Shown one piece after another: positions 53,065-62,869 of a stretch of DNA of 64,000 nt. Below the pieces are notes generated by a model. It had not been told where the DNA came from and ran no database searches. It saw nothing but the letters and a program-made list of their open reading frames with translations. The stretch is from Candidatus Falkowbacteria bacterium (GTDB taxonomy: Bacteria > Patescibacteriota > Patescibacteriia > Patescibacteriales > UBA12465), in contig CP066698.1 of NCBI GenBank assembly GCA_016432645.1, positions 517,062 to 581,061 of the forward strand. Direction: 5' to 3'. Position 1 is the stretch's first letter, and each line of letters opens with the position of its first letter. The position numbers and the translations under genes were made by a program.

Positions 53065-55491
53065 TTATTTAACCACAATATTAAGCAGTTTCCCGGGGAC
53101 AAATATTTTTTTAATAATTTCTTTGTCCGCCAGCCATTTCTGAACATTTTCTTGAACGCTGGCCGAAGCAAAGGCTTCAACCTCAGAAATTCCGGCGGCT
53201 ACTTCTAAAGAGGCCCTCATTTTCCCATTAACTTGGATGATTAAATTAAAGGTCTCATCTTTTATTTTTGACTCTTCAAACTGCGGCCAAAGACTTATAA
53301 AAATACTATTTTTTTGCCCGGATTTTTCCCAAATTTCTTCGCTTAAATGTGGCGCAAACGGCGCTAAAATCTGAATAAACTTCAAAAAATCAGCCCGAGA
53401 AAAAGGTAGGGCATTATTTCTAACTTTATAATCGCTGATTTCATTAACTAAAATCATCATCGCTGACACCGCCGTGTTTAAACGGAAAGATTCAATATCT
53501 TCGGCAACTTTCTTAATCGTTTTATGGAGCAAAGAAATTATTTTGGCATCTTCTTGATAATTATTAACCTCAGTCAGACTGAAAACTTTTTCTAAAAATT
53601 TTCGAGCACCAACAACTCCGTTAGTATTCCAGTTACAAGCTTGCTCAAAAGGACCCATAAACATTTCGTAAACCCTAAGTGCATCCGCTCCTGATTTTTT
53701 AACCATATCATCCGGATTAACCACGTTCCCCCAGCGCTTGCTCATCTTGCGGCCGTCTTCACCCATAATCAAACCAACATGTTTTAGTTTAGTAAAAGGC
53801 TCTTCATAAGCGACCGCACCGATATCAAACAAAAACTTATGCCAAAAACGCGCATAGATAAGATGACGCGTCGCATGCTCAGCGCCGCCGACATAAAAAT
53901 CAACTGGCGACCAATATTTTTCCAATTTTTTATCAATTAAGGCCTCAGAATTTTTAGGATCAATATAGCGCAAATAATACCAGCAAGAACCGGCCCATTG
54001 GGGCATAGTATTAGTCTCGCGCTTAGCGACGCCGCCACATTTTGGACATTTAGTATTTACCCAATCAGAGATTGCCGCTAGCGGCGATTCGCCTGTTCCG
54101 GTCGGCTCATAACTTTCAACCTCCGGTAAGCGCAAAGGTAATTCTGATTCCGGAAGACCAACCACACCACATTTATCGCAGTGAACCAAAGGAATCGGTT
54201 CCCCCCAATATCTTTGGCGGGAAAAAACCCAATCTTTAATGCGATAATTTATTTTGCCTGCCCCTAATTTATTATTTTCGAGCCAAGAAATCATTTTTTT
54301 CCGAGCCTCGGCTGATTTCAAGCCGCTAAACTCGGCGGAATGGAATAAAGTTCCATCATCAGTAAAGGCGGCTTTGCCTTCAAACGGAATTTCGCCATCC
54401 ATGGAAATTACCGATTTAATCCGCAAGCCGTATTTTTTGGCAAATTCATAATCTCTTTCATCGTGCGCCGGCACCGCCATCACCGCTCCCGTGCCATAAG
54501 AATTTAAAACGTAATCAGCGATAAAAACTTCAACCTCTTCCCCGGTAAAGGGATTAACGGCTTTAATGCCTTTTAATTTAACGCCGGTTTTTTCTTTGCT
54601 GGCGCTCGTTCTCTCAATTTCGGAAATTTTATCTAAAGATTCAATATATTCCGCCGCTTCCTCCCAATTAGTTATTTTAGTTTTTAGTTTTTGTACCAAT
54701 TGGTTTTCCGGAGCTAAAACTAAATAAGTACAGCCGTAAATGGTGTCGATTCTGGTTGTAAAAACTGTGACTGTTTCTTCAGTGCCAGCAATTTTAAAAA
54801 TTGCTTCTGCTCCCTCACTCTTGCCAATCCAATTTCTTTGCATTTCCTTAATCGATTCTTCCCAATCCGGCAACTTTTCTAAATCATTAAGCAGTCGCTC
54901 GGCATAATCGGTAATTTTCAAAACCCATTGTCGAATCGGTTTTTGCTCAACTTCAGAGCCGCAGCGCTCGCATTTTCCATCTTCCAAATCTTCATTGGCC
55001 AAACCGGTCTTGCAAGACGGGCACCAATTTATCGGTTCATTAGACTCGAAGGCTAAGCCCTTCTCCCACATCTTTAAAAAGGTCCACTGTGTCCATTTAT
55101 AATAATCAGGGTCGGTGGTATTTACTTCCCGCTCCCAGTCATAAGAAAAGCCTAAAATCTCTAGCTGGCCTTTAAACCGAGCAACGCTTTCCGCGACCGA
55201 GATTTTCGGATTAACTTTATTTTTGATGGCATAATTTTCCGCCGGCAAACCAAAAGCGTCAAAACCCATCGGATGTAAAACGTTATAGCCCTGCATGCGG
55301 CGCATCCTGGCAAAAATATCAGTCGCAATATAACCCTTAGGGTGGCCGACGTGAAGCCCGGCTCCGGAAGGGTACGGAAACATATCTAAAATATAGTATT
55401 TTGGCTTACTGGCATCATTACCGGTTAAATAAAGATTATCTTTTTGCCAGCGTGACTGCCATTTTTTTTCAATTTCGGAGTGGTTATACAT
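53065..55491 (-). CDS. leuS: Leucyl-tRNA synthetase
   Basis: HVGH (HIGH) and KMSKR (KMSKS) motifs and a CP1 editing domain. The start at MYNHSEIEKKWQ (55491) is preferred because it avoids overlap with xth. Confidence 0.9.
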   Translation of the reverse strand: MYNHSEIEKKWQSRWQKDNLYLTGNDASKPKYYILDMFPYPSGAGLHVGHPKGYIATDIFARMRRMQGYNVLHPMGFDAFGLPAENYAIKNKVNPKISVAESVARFKGQLEILGFSYDWEREVNTTDPDYYKWTQWTFLKMWEKGLAFESNEPINWCPSCKTGLANEDLEDGKCERCGSEVEQKPIRQWVLKITDYAERLLNDLEKLPDWEESIKEMQRNWIGKSEGAEAIFKIAGTEETVTVFTTRIDTIYGCTYLVLAPENQLVQKLKTKITNWEEAAEYIESLDKISEIERTSASKEKTGVKLKGIKAVNPFTGEEVEVFIADYVLNSYGTGAVMAVPAHDERDYEFAKKYGLRIKSVISMDGEIPFEGKAAFTDDGTLFHSAEFSGLKSAEARKKMISWLENNKLGAGKINYRIKDWVFSRQRYWGEPIPLVHCDKCGVVGLPESELPLRLPEVESYEPTGTGESPLAAISDWVNTKCPKCGGVAKRETNTMPQWAGSCWYYLRYIDPKNSEALIDKKLEKYWSPVDFYVGGAEHATRHLIYARFWHKFLFDIGAVAYEEPFTKLKHVGLIMGEDGRKMSKRWGNVVNPDDMVKKSGADALRVYEMFMGPFEQACNWNTNGVVGARKFLEKVFSLTEVNNYQEDAKIISLLHKTIKKVAEDIESFRLNTAVSAMMILVNEISDYKVRNNALPFSRADFLKFIQILAPFAPHLSEEIWEKSGQKNSIFISLWPQFEESKIKDETFNLIIQVNGKMRASLEVAAGISEVEAFASASVQENVQKWLADKEIIKKIFVPGKLLNIVVK

Positions 55492-55498
55492 ATAAATA

Positions 55499-56266
55499 TT
55501 AATTAATTTCCAAACCGACCGGCGCATGGTCAGAACCGGCCTGTTCATCTAAAATATAGGCCTTTTTTAGGCGTTTTTTAAGTTTATCGGATACACAGAA
55601 ATAGTCAATCCGCCACCCAACATTACGCGCCCTGGCCCCGGCACGGAAGCTCCACCAAGAATATTGAATTTTATTGCCATTTAGAGCTCGAAAAGTATCT
55701 ACAAAACCGGCCGCCAAAAATTTATCCATTGAAGCCCGTTCTTCAGGCGTAAAACCAGGACTGCCGACATTTTCCTTGGGCCGCGCTAAATCAATTTCTT
55801 GATGAGCCACATTAAAATCGCCGGTAATTATTACGGGTTTCTTGATTTCTAATTTCTTAACATATTTGAGTAAAGCTTCATTAAACTCCAATTTATAATC
55901 CAAACGGCTAAGCTCAGGATTAGAATTAGGAAAATAAACATTTAACAAATAAAAATCCTTAGTTTCCAAGGTTTGCACTCGGCCTTCAATATCAAACTTT
56001 TCCACGCCAAAGCCATTTTTAACATCTAAAAAAATTCGGGAACCGCTTTTAATCAAAATTGCTGTTCCGCTATACCCCGGTCGCTCGGCACTGTTCCAAT
56101 ATTCTTCATAACCAGCAAAATCAAATTCTGTTTTCTCTCTAGCACTATCGGAAATTTTTATCTCCTGAAGGCACAAAATATCCGGTTTTTGTTTATTAAT
56201 AAAATCCAAAAAACCTTTCTTCGCCACCGCTCTTATTCCATTAACATTCCAAGAGATTATTTTCAT
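55499..56266 (-). CDS. xth: Exodeoxyribonuclease III
   Basis: MKIISWNVNGIRA, LCLQE and GSDHAPV motifs. Confidence 0.85.
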   Translation of the reverse strand: MKIISWNVNGIRAVAKKGFLDFINKQKPDILCLQEIKISDSAREKTEFDFAGYEEYWNSAERPGYSGTAILIKSGSRIFLDVKNGFGVEKFDIEGRVQTLETKDFYLLNVYFPNSNPELSRLDYKLEFNEALLKYVKKLEIKKPVIITGDFNVAHQEIDLARPKENVGSPGFTPEERASMDKFLAAGFVDTFRALNGNKIQYSWWSFRAGARARNVGWRIDYFCVSDKLKKRLKKAYILDEQAGSDHAPVGLEIN

Positions 56267-56326
56267 AAATTATGTTATAATAACAGCATACTGGAAACTA
56301 GATATTTTTTCAATTTGTTAAATATT

Positions 56327-57079
56327 ATGAGCCTAGAAGAAAGAGTCCAATACGCGGCCATGAAAGCGCGCCATGAAAAAAAATTACGCCCCTGGTATCT
56401 TAAATGGTGGGGCATAATTTTACTATCTATTGCTTCCCTAATTTTAATTTTTGTAATTGCTTCCGGGATCTATATCGTCAAGCAAGTCCAAATCATAAAT
56501 AGCGGAGCCACTGGCCCGAGCGCCGAAGAGCAGCTACAAACTTATTTAACGGCCATCAGCGGTGAAAGTGATAATTCTTGGGGACCAAGCAATGCTAAAG
56601 TAACAATCGTGGAGTTTGCCGATTTTGCCTGTCCCTACTGTGAAGAGTCATATCCGGCCATCAAAAATATCCAACAAAACTACGGCGGCCAAGTCCGAAT
56701 CATTTATCGCGATTATCCTTTACATGACAACTCCATCTTTTTGGCCTTATCAGCACGTTGTGCCGGTGAACAAGGAAAATTCTGGCAAATGCATGATGTC
56801 TTCTTCGAAAATCAAGATAAATTCAACCTAACTCAAGAAGAATTAGCCGTTAATATTCCGGCACTAGCGGCGAGTCTAGGGTTAGATTCTGATAAGTTCA
56901 AAACTTGCCTTGATAGTCAAAAATATTTCCCCAGAATAAAACAAGATTATGATGATGGCACTTACTTGCAAATTCAAGGAACCCCAACTTGGTTTATTAA
57001 TAATAAAATGTTCACCGGAGCGATGGATAAAGAGGGGCTGCAAACAATAGTTGACGGCCTGATTAATATAATAGAGTAA
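56327..57079 (+). CDS. Membrane-anchored DsbA-like thiol:disulfide oxidoreductase
   Basis: ATG at 56327 (MSLEERV...), a TM helix, and the thioredoxin motif FADFACPYCEES. Confidence 0.7.
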   Translation: MSLEERVQYAAMKARHEKKLRPWYLKWWGIILLSIASLILIFVIASGIYIVKQVQIINSGATGPSAEEQLQTYLTAISGESDNSWGPSNAKVTIVEFADFACPYCEESYPAIKNIQQNYGGQVRIIYRDYPLHDNSIFLALSARCAGEQGKFWQMHDVFFENQDKFNLTQEELAVNIPALAASLGLDSDKFKTCLDSQKYFPRIKQDYDDGTYLQIQGTPTWFINNKMFTGAMDKEGLQTIVDGLINIIE

Positions 57080-57081
57080 AT

Positions 57082-57621
57082 ATGGAACAAATAAGAATAC
57101 ATGGCCGCGGCGGACAAGGAGTAGTCACTGCCGCCGAATTAATTGCCATCGCCGCTTTTAAATCAGGTAAATATGCGCAAGCCTTTCCTAATTTTGGCGT
57201 GGAAAGAAGCGGCGCCCCGATTCAATCCTACGCACGGATTGCCGATGAGCAAATTATTACCCGCGAACAAGTGCATAATCCTAACATTTTAATTATTCAA
57301 GACGCTAGCTTATTGGAAAACAGCGATATCCTCAAAGGTACCGATAAAAATACCTTATTTATAATTAATGCCCCTGATAATTACCAAGCACCAATTAAAT
57401 TACCCTCTAAAAAAGTATTTTATTCCCCGGCCACCGAAATCGCTTTAAAAATATTCGGTAAGAATATTGTGAACACCGTTATTTTAGGCTCATTCGCCAA
57501 ACATTCTGGGCTGGTAACTTTAGACTCTTTAAAAGCCGCGGTTCAAGAAAAATTTGCTGATAAAGGCGAAGCGATAATCAAAAAAAATATCCAAGCAATT
57601 GAAATTGCTTTCAATGATTAG
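57082..57621 (+). CDS. porG: Pyruvate/2-oxoacid:ferredoxin oxidoreductase gamma subunit
   Basis: IRIHGRGGQGVVTAAELIA motif. Confidence 0.8.
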   Translation: MEQIRIHGRGGQGVVTAAELIAIAAFKSGKYAQAFPNFGVERSGAPIQSYARIADEQIITREQVHNPNILIIQDASLLENSDILKGTDKNTLFIINAPDNYQAPIKLPSKKVFYSPATEIALKIFGKNIVNTVILGSFAKHSGLVTLDSLKAAVQEKFADKGEAIIKKNIQAIEIAFND

Positions 57622-57622
57622 T

Positions 57623-57880
57623 ATGAAAAAATTAACCATTAAATCAAATACTTCTTTAGTTAATAAAACCGGCGCTTGGCGCACCCATAAACCAATAACC
57701 GACAATGTAAAATGCATCGGCTGTTCTTTATGCGCCAAATTATGCCCGGAAAATTGTATTGAAATGAAGCCGATAGAAAACAAGCCTAAACCTCTGACTG
57801 ATTATGACTATTGCAAAGGCTGCGGCCTGTGTGCGCATGAGTGCCCCGTCAAGGCAATCGCAATGAAAGAAGATTATTAA
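57623..57880 (+). CDS. porD: Pyruvate/2-oxoacid:ferredoxin oxidoreductase delta subunit (2x[4Fe-4S])
   Basis: CIGCSLCAKLCP and CKGCGLCAHECP clusters. ATG 57623 lies right after the porG stop. Confidence 0.8.
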   Translation: MKKLTIKSNTSLVNKTGAWRTHKPITDNVKCIGCSLCAKLCPENCIEMKPIENKPKPLTDYDYCKGCGLCAHECPVKAIAMKEDY

Positions 57881-57887
57881 AAATAAC

Positions 57888-59057
57888 ATGAAAGCTAAAA
57901 ACAAAAACCAACACGAAGGCAAAGAAATTCTAGAGGGCTCGCGCGCCATTGCCTTAACAATTAATAATATCGGACCGGAAGTAGTTTCTGCTTACCCAAT
58001 CACTCCGCAAACTCATATTGTTGAGGACCTAGCCAAGTTTAAAGCGAACGGCCAAGCTAATTTTGAATATGTGCGTGCCGAAAGTGAATTTGCCGCCGCT
58101 TCAATCGTTCTTGGTGCCAGCGCTGCTGGAGCGCGCGTCTACAGTGCCACCAGCTCCCAGGGTTTATTACTCATGGCCGAAGTTTTATACAATATCTCCG
58201 GGATGCGCTTACCGATAATTATGACCTGCGCTAACCGCGCTATCTCTTCTCCTATTAATATTTGGAACGATCATAGCGACGCCATGTCCGTGGCCGGCAG
58301 CGGCTGGCTGCAATTCTTTGCCGAGAATCATCAAGAAGCCGTTTACCAGCATTTACTCGCTTATAAAGTTGCCGAAAAAACAAGCTTACCGGCGCTCGTT
58401 AATGTTGATGGTTTCATTTTAACTCACTCCTACGAACCGGTAGCTATCCCGGCTAAAACTTTAATTAAAAAATATTTACCGGTCAGAAAATTAGAACCGG
58501 GAACTTTTTTGGATACTAATAACCCGGTAACGATGGGTGGATTTTTCTCGCCTAATGATTATTTGGACACCAGAAAAGATATCTGCCAGGATTTTAATTC
58601 TAGTTTAGCAATTATTAAAAAAGAATATCTTAATTTAAAAAAAATATTTAAGCTTAAAGATAATGGCAACGGATTGCTTGAATATAGCGGTGCCAAAAAA
58701 CCAAAAATAATTTTAATCGCCATGGGCTCGCTTGCGGGGACCATTAAGGAGACCTTAAAAAAATATACTGACGTCGGCTTATTAAAAATAACAACTTTCC
58801 GGCCCTTTCCGGCTGAAGAAATAAAAAAAGCGGTCAAAGGCTGTTTAAATATTGCCATTATTGAAAAGGCAATCAATCCCGGCAGCGGCGGTCCTTTATA
58901 TTTAGAAACTAAAGCAGCTATCTACGAATTGGGGAAAATAAACATTCAAAATTATATTGCCGGTCTAGGCGGGCGCGACATCAGCCAAAAACAAATAGAA
59001 AAAGTGATTAAAGAAATGCGCGGACGAGCGCAAAACAAAATAAAATTTGTTAATTAA
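57888..59057 (+). CDS. porA: Pyruvate/2-oxoacid:ferredoxin oxidoreductase alpha subunit
   Basis: EGSRAIALTI...AYPITPQT N-terminal signature. 389 aa. Confidence 0.8.
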   Translation: MKAKNKNQHEGKEILEGSRAIALTINNIGPEVVSAYPITPQTHIVEDLAKFKANGQANFEYVRAESEFAAASIVLGASAAGARVYSATSSQGLLLMAEVLYNISGMRLPIIMTCANRAISSPINIWNDHSDAMSVAGSGWLQFFAENHQEAVYQHLLAYKVAEKTSLPALVNVDGFILTHSYEPVAIPAKTLIKKYLPVRKLEPGTFLDTNNPVTMGGFFSPNDYLDTRKDICQDFNSSLAIIKKEYLNLKKIFKLKDNGNGLLEYSGAKKPKIILIAMGSLAGTIKETLKKYTDVGLLKITTFRPFPAEEIKKAVKGCLNIAIIEKAINPGSGGPLYLETKAAIYELGKINIQNYIAGLGGRDISQKQIEKVIKEMRGRAQNKIKFVN

Positions 59058-59058
59058 T

Positions 59059-59895
59059 ATGAGAACTAAACTGCCAAAATTAGTAATTAATTTAAGTTTT
59101 GGGATACTGGTCTTTGCTTCCCTATTATTACTCCCGACAAGCTTGGCTCTGGCGGCGGATGCCATTAAATTTACTCCGCAGGTGGCTGTGCCCGGATTTG
59201 CGACTGGAGCGGTTGATGTCGGAACGACTGTGGATGGCAAAATGACCAGCGATTTATTAGCCCGATACATCAAGGTGATGTATGATTACGGCCTAAAGGC
59301 TGCGGGAATTTTGGCGGCGGTTATTTTAATGGGTGGCGGTGTTATTTGGCTCACATCGGCCGGCAACGAATCAAAAATCGGCCAAGCCAAAGAAATGATT
59401 GTCGGCGCTATTAGCGGCTTGGTAATTCTATTCAGTGCTTGGTTAATTTTAAATACGGTTAATCCGGCGCTTTTAAGTTTAACACCAATGCAATTATCAG
59501 ACGCCAGCGGCATGGTTGGTTCTTGTTGCCAATATCCAGGAGTTAAGGCTGAAGTCGGCATACCTAAAGCTGATTGCGAAGCAAATAGCGGTGTCTATTA
59601 TAAACAAGCGCAAATAATAAAAAGTAATTCCGGCGATACCGCCTTCTGCGCTGATACTGGTTGTTGCCGCTGTAAGGTTGGCGGGGGATATACAACTTTA
59701 TTTCTATCTAATACTGAATGTGCCGACTTTAAAAACAGTAACAATAAAATAACTCCGGAAGTCTGTGAGGCTGGATGTCAAGCCGCTGGTGAAGCCATGG
59801 ATGTTTCTTGGGAATATCTATTCTCTTGGGGGCAAGTATGTAGCGCCGATAATGAGTGTGTTTGGAGCTCCGGAGGCGTAGGCGGAGAATGGTAA
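59059..59895 (+). CDS. Secreted/membrane protein with a VirB2/TrbC-like pilin hairpin and a Cys-rich C-terminal domain
   Basis: Signal peptide, then GLKAAGILAAVILMGGGVIWLTSAGNESKIGQAKEMIVGAISGLVILFSAWLILNTVNP (two TM helices around a charged turn), then a Cys-rich tail. ATG 59059 is preferred. Confidence 0.6.
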   Translation: MRTKLPKLVINLSFGILVFASLLLLPTSLALAADAIKFTPQVAVPGFATGAVDVGTTVDGKMTSDLLARYIKVMYDYGLKAAGILAAVILMGGGVIWLTSAGNESKIGQAKEMIVGAISGLVILFSAWLILNTVNPALLSLTPMQLSDASGMVGSCCQYPGVKAEVGIPKADCEANSGVYYKQAQIIKSNSGDTAFCADTGCCRCKVGGGYTTLFLSNTECADFKNSNNKITPEVCEAGCQAAGEAMDVSWEYLFSWGQVCSADNECVWSSGGVGGEW

Positions 59896-59910
59896 TCATT
59901 TTAAAAAATT

Positions 59911-60789
59911 ATGAAAACTAACAATATCGAATACAAAAAACTCGCTCCCGGACATAATGCTTGTTCTGGTTGCGGCCAATTATCTGCCGTCCACGCAGTG
60001 ATGCGCGGATTAACTAAGGATACCATTATCGCGAACGCGACCGGTTGTTTAGAGGTAACCACAACTGCCTATCCGCAGACCGCTTGGGGTCTGCCCTGGA
60101 TTCATTCTTTATTTGAAAATGCTTCTTCAGTCGCTTCCGGGATTCAAGCGGCTTTAAAAAATCGCGGCGACAATCAAACTAAAGTTTTAGTTCAAGCGGG
60201 AGACGGCGGAACTTTTGATATCGGACTAGGTCTAGTGAGCGGTATGTGGGAAAGAGGCGAAAATATTCTTTATATCTGCTACGATACCGAATCATATTCT
60301 AATACCGGCATTCAAGCTTCCGGCTCCACTCCTTATGGCGCCTCTACAACCACTACCCCGAGCGGCGCCCAGTCTATTGGATCTAACCAAGTAAAAAAAG
60401 ATATGATGGCTATTGCCTTAGCTCACGGCTTAAAATATGTCGCCCAATCGGCCGCCGGCTTTCCAGACGATATTACCAACAAAGTAAAGAAAGCTTTGGC
60501 TACTCCTGGACCTTCTTATATTCAAATTCTCAGCCCCTGTATCCCCGGTTGGGGCATCGGTTATGATGAAGCGGCGATGATGGGTAAATTAGCGGTTAAA
60601 ACCGGATTATATCCCCTTTTAGAATACACTGACGGAAAACTAAGCGCTTCCAGCGTCAACGCTAATTTTAAAGCTGAACCGGTTGGTTCTTATTTAAAAA
60701 CCCAGAGCCGTTTTAAACATTTAAATGACGAGGAAATAAACCATATCCAAATGCTAGCTGCGGAAAATATAAAAAAATATCAAATTTAA
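59911..60789 (+). CDS. porB: Pyruvate/2-oxoacid:ferredoxin oxidoreductase beta subunit (TPP-binding)
   Basis: CSGCG and GDGGTFDIGL motifs. Confidence 0.8.
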   Translation: MKTNNIEYKKLAPGHNACSGCGQLSAVHAVMRGLTKDTIIANATGCLEVTTTAYPQTAWGLPWIHSLFENASSVASGIQAALKNRGDNQTKVLVQAGDGGTFDIGLGLVSGMWERGENILYICYDTESYSNTGIQASGSTPYGASTTTTPSGAQSIGSNQVKKDMMAIALAHGLKYVAQSAAGFPDDITNKVKKALATPGPSYIQILSPCIPGWGIGYDEAAMMGKLAVKTGLYPLLEYTDGKLSASSVNANFKAEPVGSYLKTQSRFKHLNDEEINHIQMLAAENIKKYQI

Positions 60790-60790
60790 T

Positions 60791-62380
60791 ATGAGAACCA
60801 AAAAAATATTTTTCAGTCTGTTGCTATTAATATCAGTCTTTTTTCCAATCGCCTTTGTCCAGGCCGCTGCTTGCACGATTAGAGAGCAGCGAACCGCTAC
60901 CATGGCTGGTGTGGCTTCGGTACCTGCTTGTAATGCTCAATTAGGAGAAGTCCAATCGGATAACAGCAATTGTCCCGGCATTAAAACTAACATTAGATAC
61001 GCTATCGGGGAAAATATTCAAGACGTCTGCTGCTGCGTAAAAGAAAGCAGCGAAACCGCAATCAGCACGGTACCCAAATTTGAAATACCCGAGCTCCAAA
61101 TAGACCTGCCAGGGTTGAATCTTACTCAGCCACAATGTACCCAGGGCGGCGATGGTGAATATACTTGCAAGGTAAACTGGCTGGGTGAATATTTAAATTG
61201 GATTTATAATTACGCTATTAAAATTGCTGGTATTCTAGCGGCTGTGATGCTTATGGCTGGCGGTCTGCTGTGGCTTGTCTCCGGGGGCGACGCCGGCAAA
61301 GTTGGGCAAGCTAAAGAAATAATTATCGGCAGCGTTACCGGATTAATCATCTTGATGAGCTCTTATGTTATTTTGGTTCAAGTAAACCCCAGCTTAGTGA
61401 AATTTCCGGCAATTACTTTAGGAGCCCTCAGCAATCAAGAAGTCACCGAATTAGTTAAATCAAAAGACTCTGGCGGCGCCAATACATATATGGGCGCTGG
61501 CTGCGCTACGGACGAGGAATTAAAGACTGGAACCACTTTTTATGCTACCGGTTATTGCCGACCGACTTGGGCCAATACCGATAAATTTTTCTGTTCCATT
61601 GCAATGAATTGCAGCTGCCCGGATGGAGTTGGCTTGGATACTTCCAAAAATTGCGATGATATTTATAAAACTTTAGCCAGTCAGGGGAAACACTATTCTC
61701 CCTGTAAGTATTTTCCCAAAGATACTGAATATTGCAATCACACCAAAAGCGGCTCCGCCCCTTATGACGGTTCTATCGCCGGCCCAGTTAATGATTGCTC
61801 GAATTTAAAACTCGGCGATCAGGTTTGCTTCAATAATAAAACCTACACTATTACTGACAGCGGCGGTTTAATTAAAGGCAAACGTATTGATATTTGGACA
61901 GGAGATTGCGGCGGAGTCTCCGCGGTAACTGGTGCCGGTATTTTAACTAAGGGGGAATGCGGCTCTAACCCTTCAATGATATTCCAATCAACATTTATTA
62001 CTGATGGCTGGTCTTTTGACCCCGGAATAATTAATCAGGCGAGCGATGCCAGCGCTGAATTGGGCCAATTATTAAACTGTATGCGGGCTCAACTGCCTAA
62101 TGGGATTGGGCGCATCTCCTCAATCAGCGATAGCAGTTACATTGGCAAGCTATATGAATGCAATGTTAGCAACTGTTCAAGGCCGCCCTGTGTTCATTCA
62201 TGCGGCTCCTGCCACTACGGCGGCGGCTTGTTAACCAATAAATCCTACGCAGTTGATTTTGGCGATGAAGGAAATATCGCTGCCTTAAGTGCTGCTGCTA
62301 AAGCCTGTGATTCCAGCGCCTATGTTTTAAACGAAGGCAACCATCTCCACGTCAGCACCTCTGCCTGTCCGCGACAATAA
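60791..62380 (+). CDS. Pilin-hairpin domain fused to a 3D-domain and a LAS/M15-type zinc peptidase-like domain (putative cell-wall hydrolase)
   Basis: The pilin hairpin is IKIAGILAAVMLMAGGLLWLVSGGDAGKVGQAKEIIIGSVTGLIILMSSYVILVQVNP. The 3D-like motif is YTITDSGGLIKGKRIDIW. The H..D and HxH motifs are SCHYGGG...AVDFGD and GNHLHVS. Confidence 0.6.
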   Translation: MRTKKIFFSLLLLISVFFPIAFVQAAACTIREQRTATMAGVASVPACNAQLGEVQSDNSNCPGIKTNIRYAIGENIQDVCCCVKESSETAISTVPKFEIPELQIDLPGLNLTQPQCTQGGDGEYTCKVNWLGEYLNWIYNYAIKIAGILAAVMLMAGGLLWLVSGGDAGKVGQAKEIIIGSVTGLIILMSSYVILVQVNPSLVKFPAITLGALSNQEVTELVKSKDSGGANTYMGAGCATDEELKTGTTFYATGYCRPTWANTDKFFCSIAMNCSCPDGVGLDTSKNCDDIYKTLASQGKHYSPCKYFPKDTEYCNHTKSGSAPYDGSIAGPVNDCSNLKLGDQVCFNNKTYTITDSGGLIKGKRIDIWTGDCGGVSAVTGAGILTKGECGSNPSMIFQSTFITDGWSFDPGIINQASDASAELGQLLNCMRAQLPNGIGRISSISDSSYIGKLYECNVSNCSRPPCVHSCGSCHYGGGLLTNKSYAVDFGDEGNIAALSAAAKACDSSAYVLNEGNHLHVSTSACPRQ

Positions 62381-62393
62381 AAATCTAAAAACG

Positions 62394-62425
62394 AAAAAGA
62401 CTCCATAAACTGGAGTCTTTTTTTA
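62394..62425. terminator. Bidirectional terminator between convergent genes
   Basis: aaaa-agactcca-taaac-tggagtct-tttttt. Confidence 0.65.
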
Positions 62426-62440
62426 TCACTTCCTAATATT

Positions 62441-62854
62441 TTAAATAGTCCCCTTATCCATTGCTTGATTAGCTAACCTATCCGCTTCCTGATTACGCTC
62501 CCGCGGAATATGAGTATAATTTATCTGTTTAAATTTTAAACTTAAGTTATGAATCTCCAAAAATAAAGGGGCTAAGTCTTTATTTTTTACTTTGTATTCC
62601 CGCTTCAACTGCTTAACCACCAACTCACTATCTAAATAACATTCTAGATCGCTCGCTCCTAAACTGGCAGCTTTTTTTAAGGCGGCAATTAAGGCTTTAT
62701 ACTCTGCTTGATTATTAGTGGCCACACCCAAATATTCTGAAATTTCAGCAACTGTCCGGTGCTCGGAATCATACAAAACCGCTCCAATCCCGGCTGGGCC
62801 AGGATTACCGCGCGCGCCGCCATCAGTAAAAATAATTATTTTTTCTAAGCTCAT
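62441..62854 (-). CDS. rnhA: Ribonuclease HI
   Basis: TDGGARGNPGPAGIG, NNQAEYKAL and RERNQEADRLAN motifs. Confidence 0.85.
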   Translation of the reverse strand: MSLEKIIIFTDGGARGNPGPAGIGAVLYDSEHRTVAEISEYLGVATNNQAEYKALIAALKKAASLGASDLECYLDSELVVKQLKREYKVKNKDLAPLFLEIHNLSLKFKQINYTHIPRERNQEADRLANQAMDKGTI

Positions 62855-62869
62855 ATATTATAAACTAAT

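Noticed and set aside
55492-55548. T-box or leader element upstream of leuS, and the long leuS start at 55548
   Set aside because: The region is occupied by the 3' end of xth, leaving no room for a T-box. The internal ATG at 55491 gives a canonical LeuRS N-terminus.
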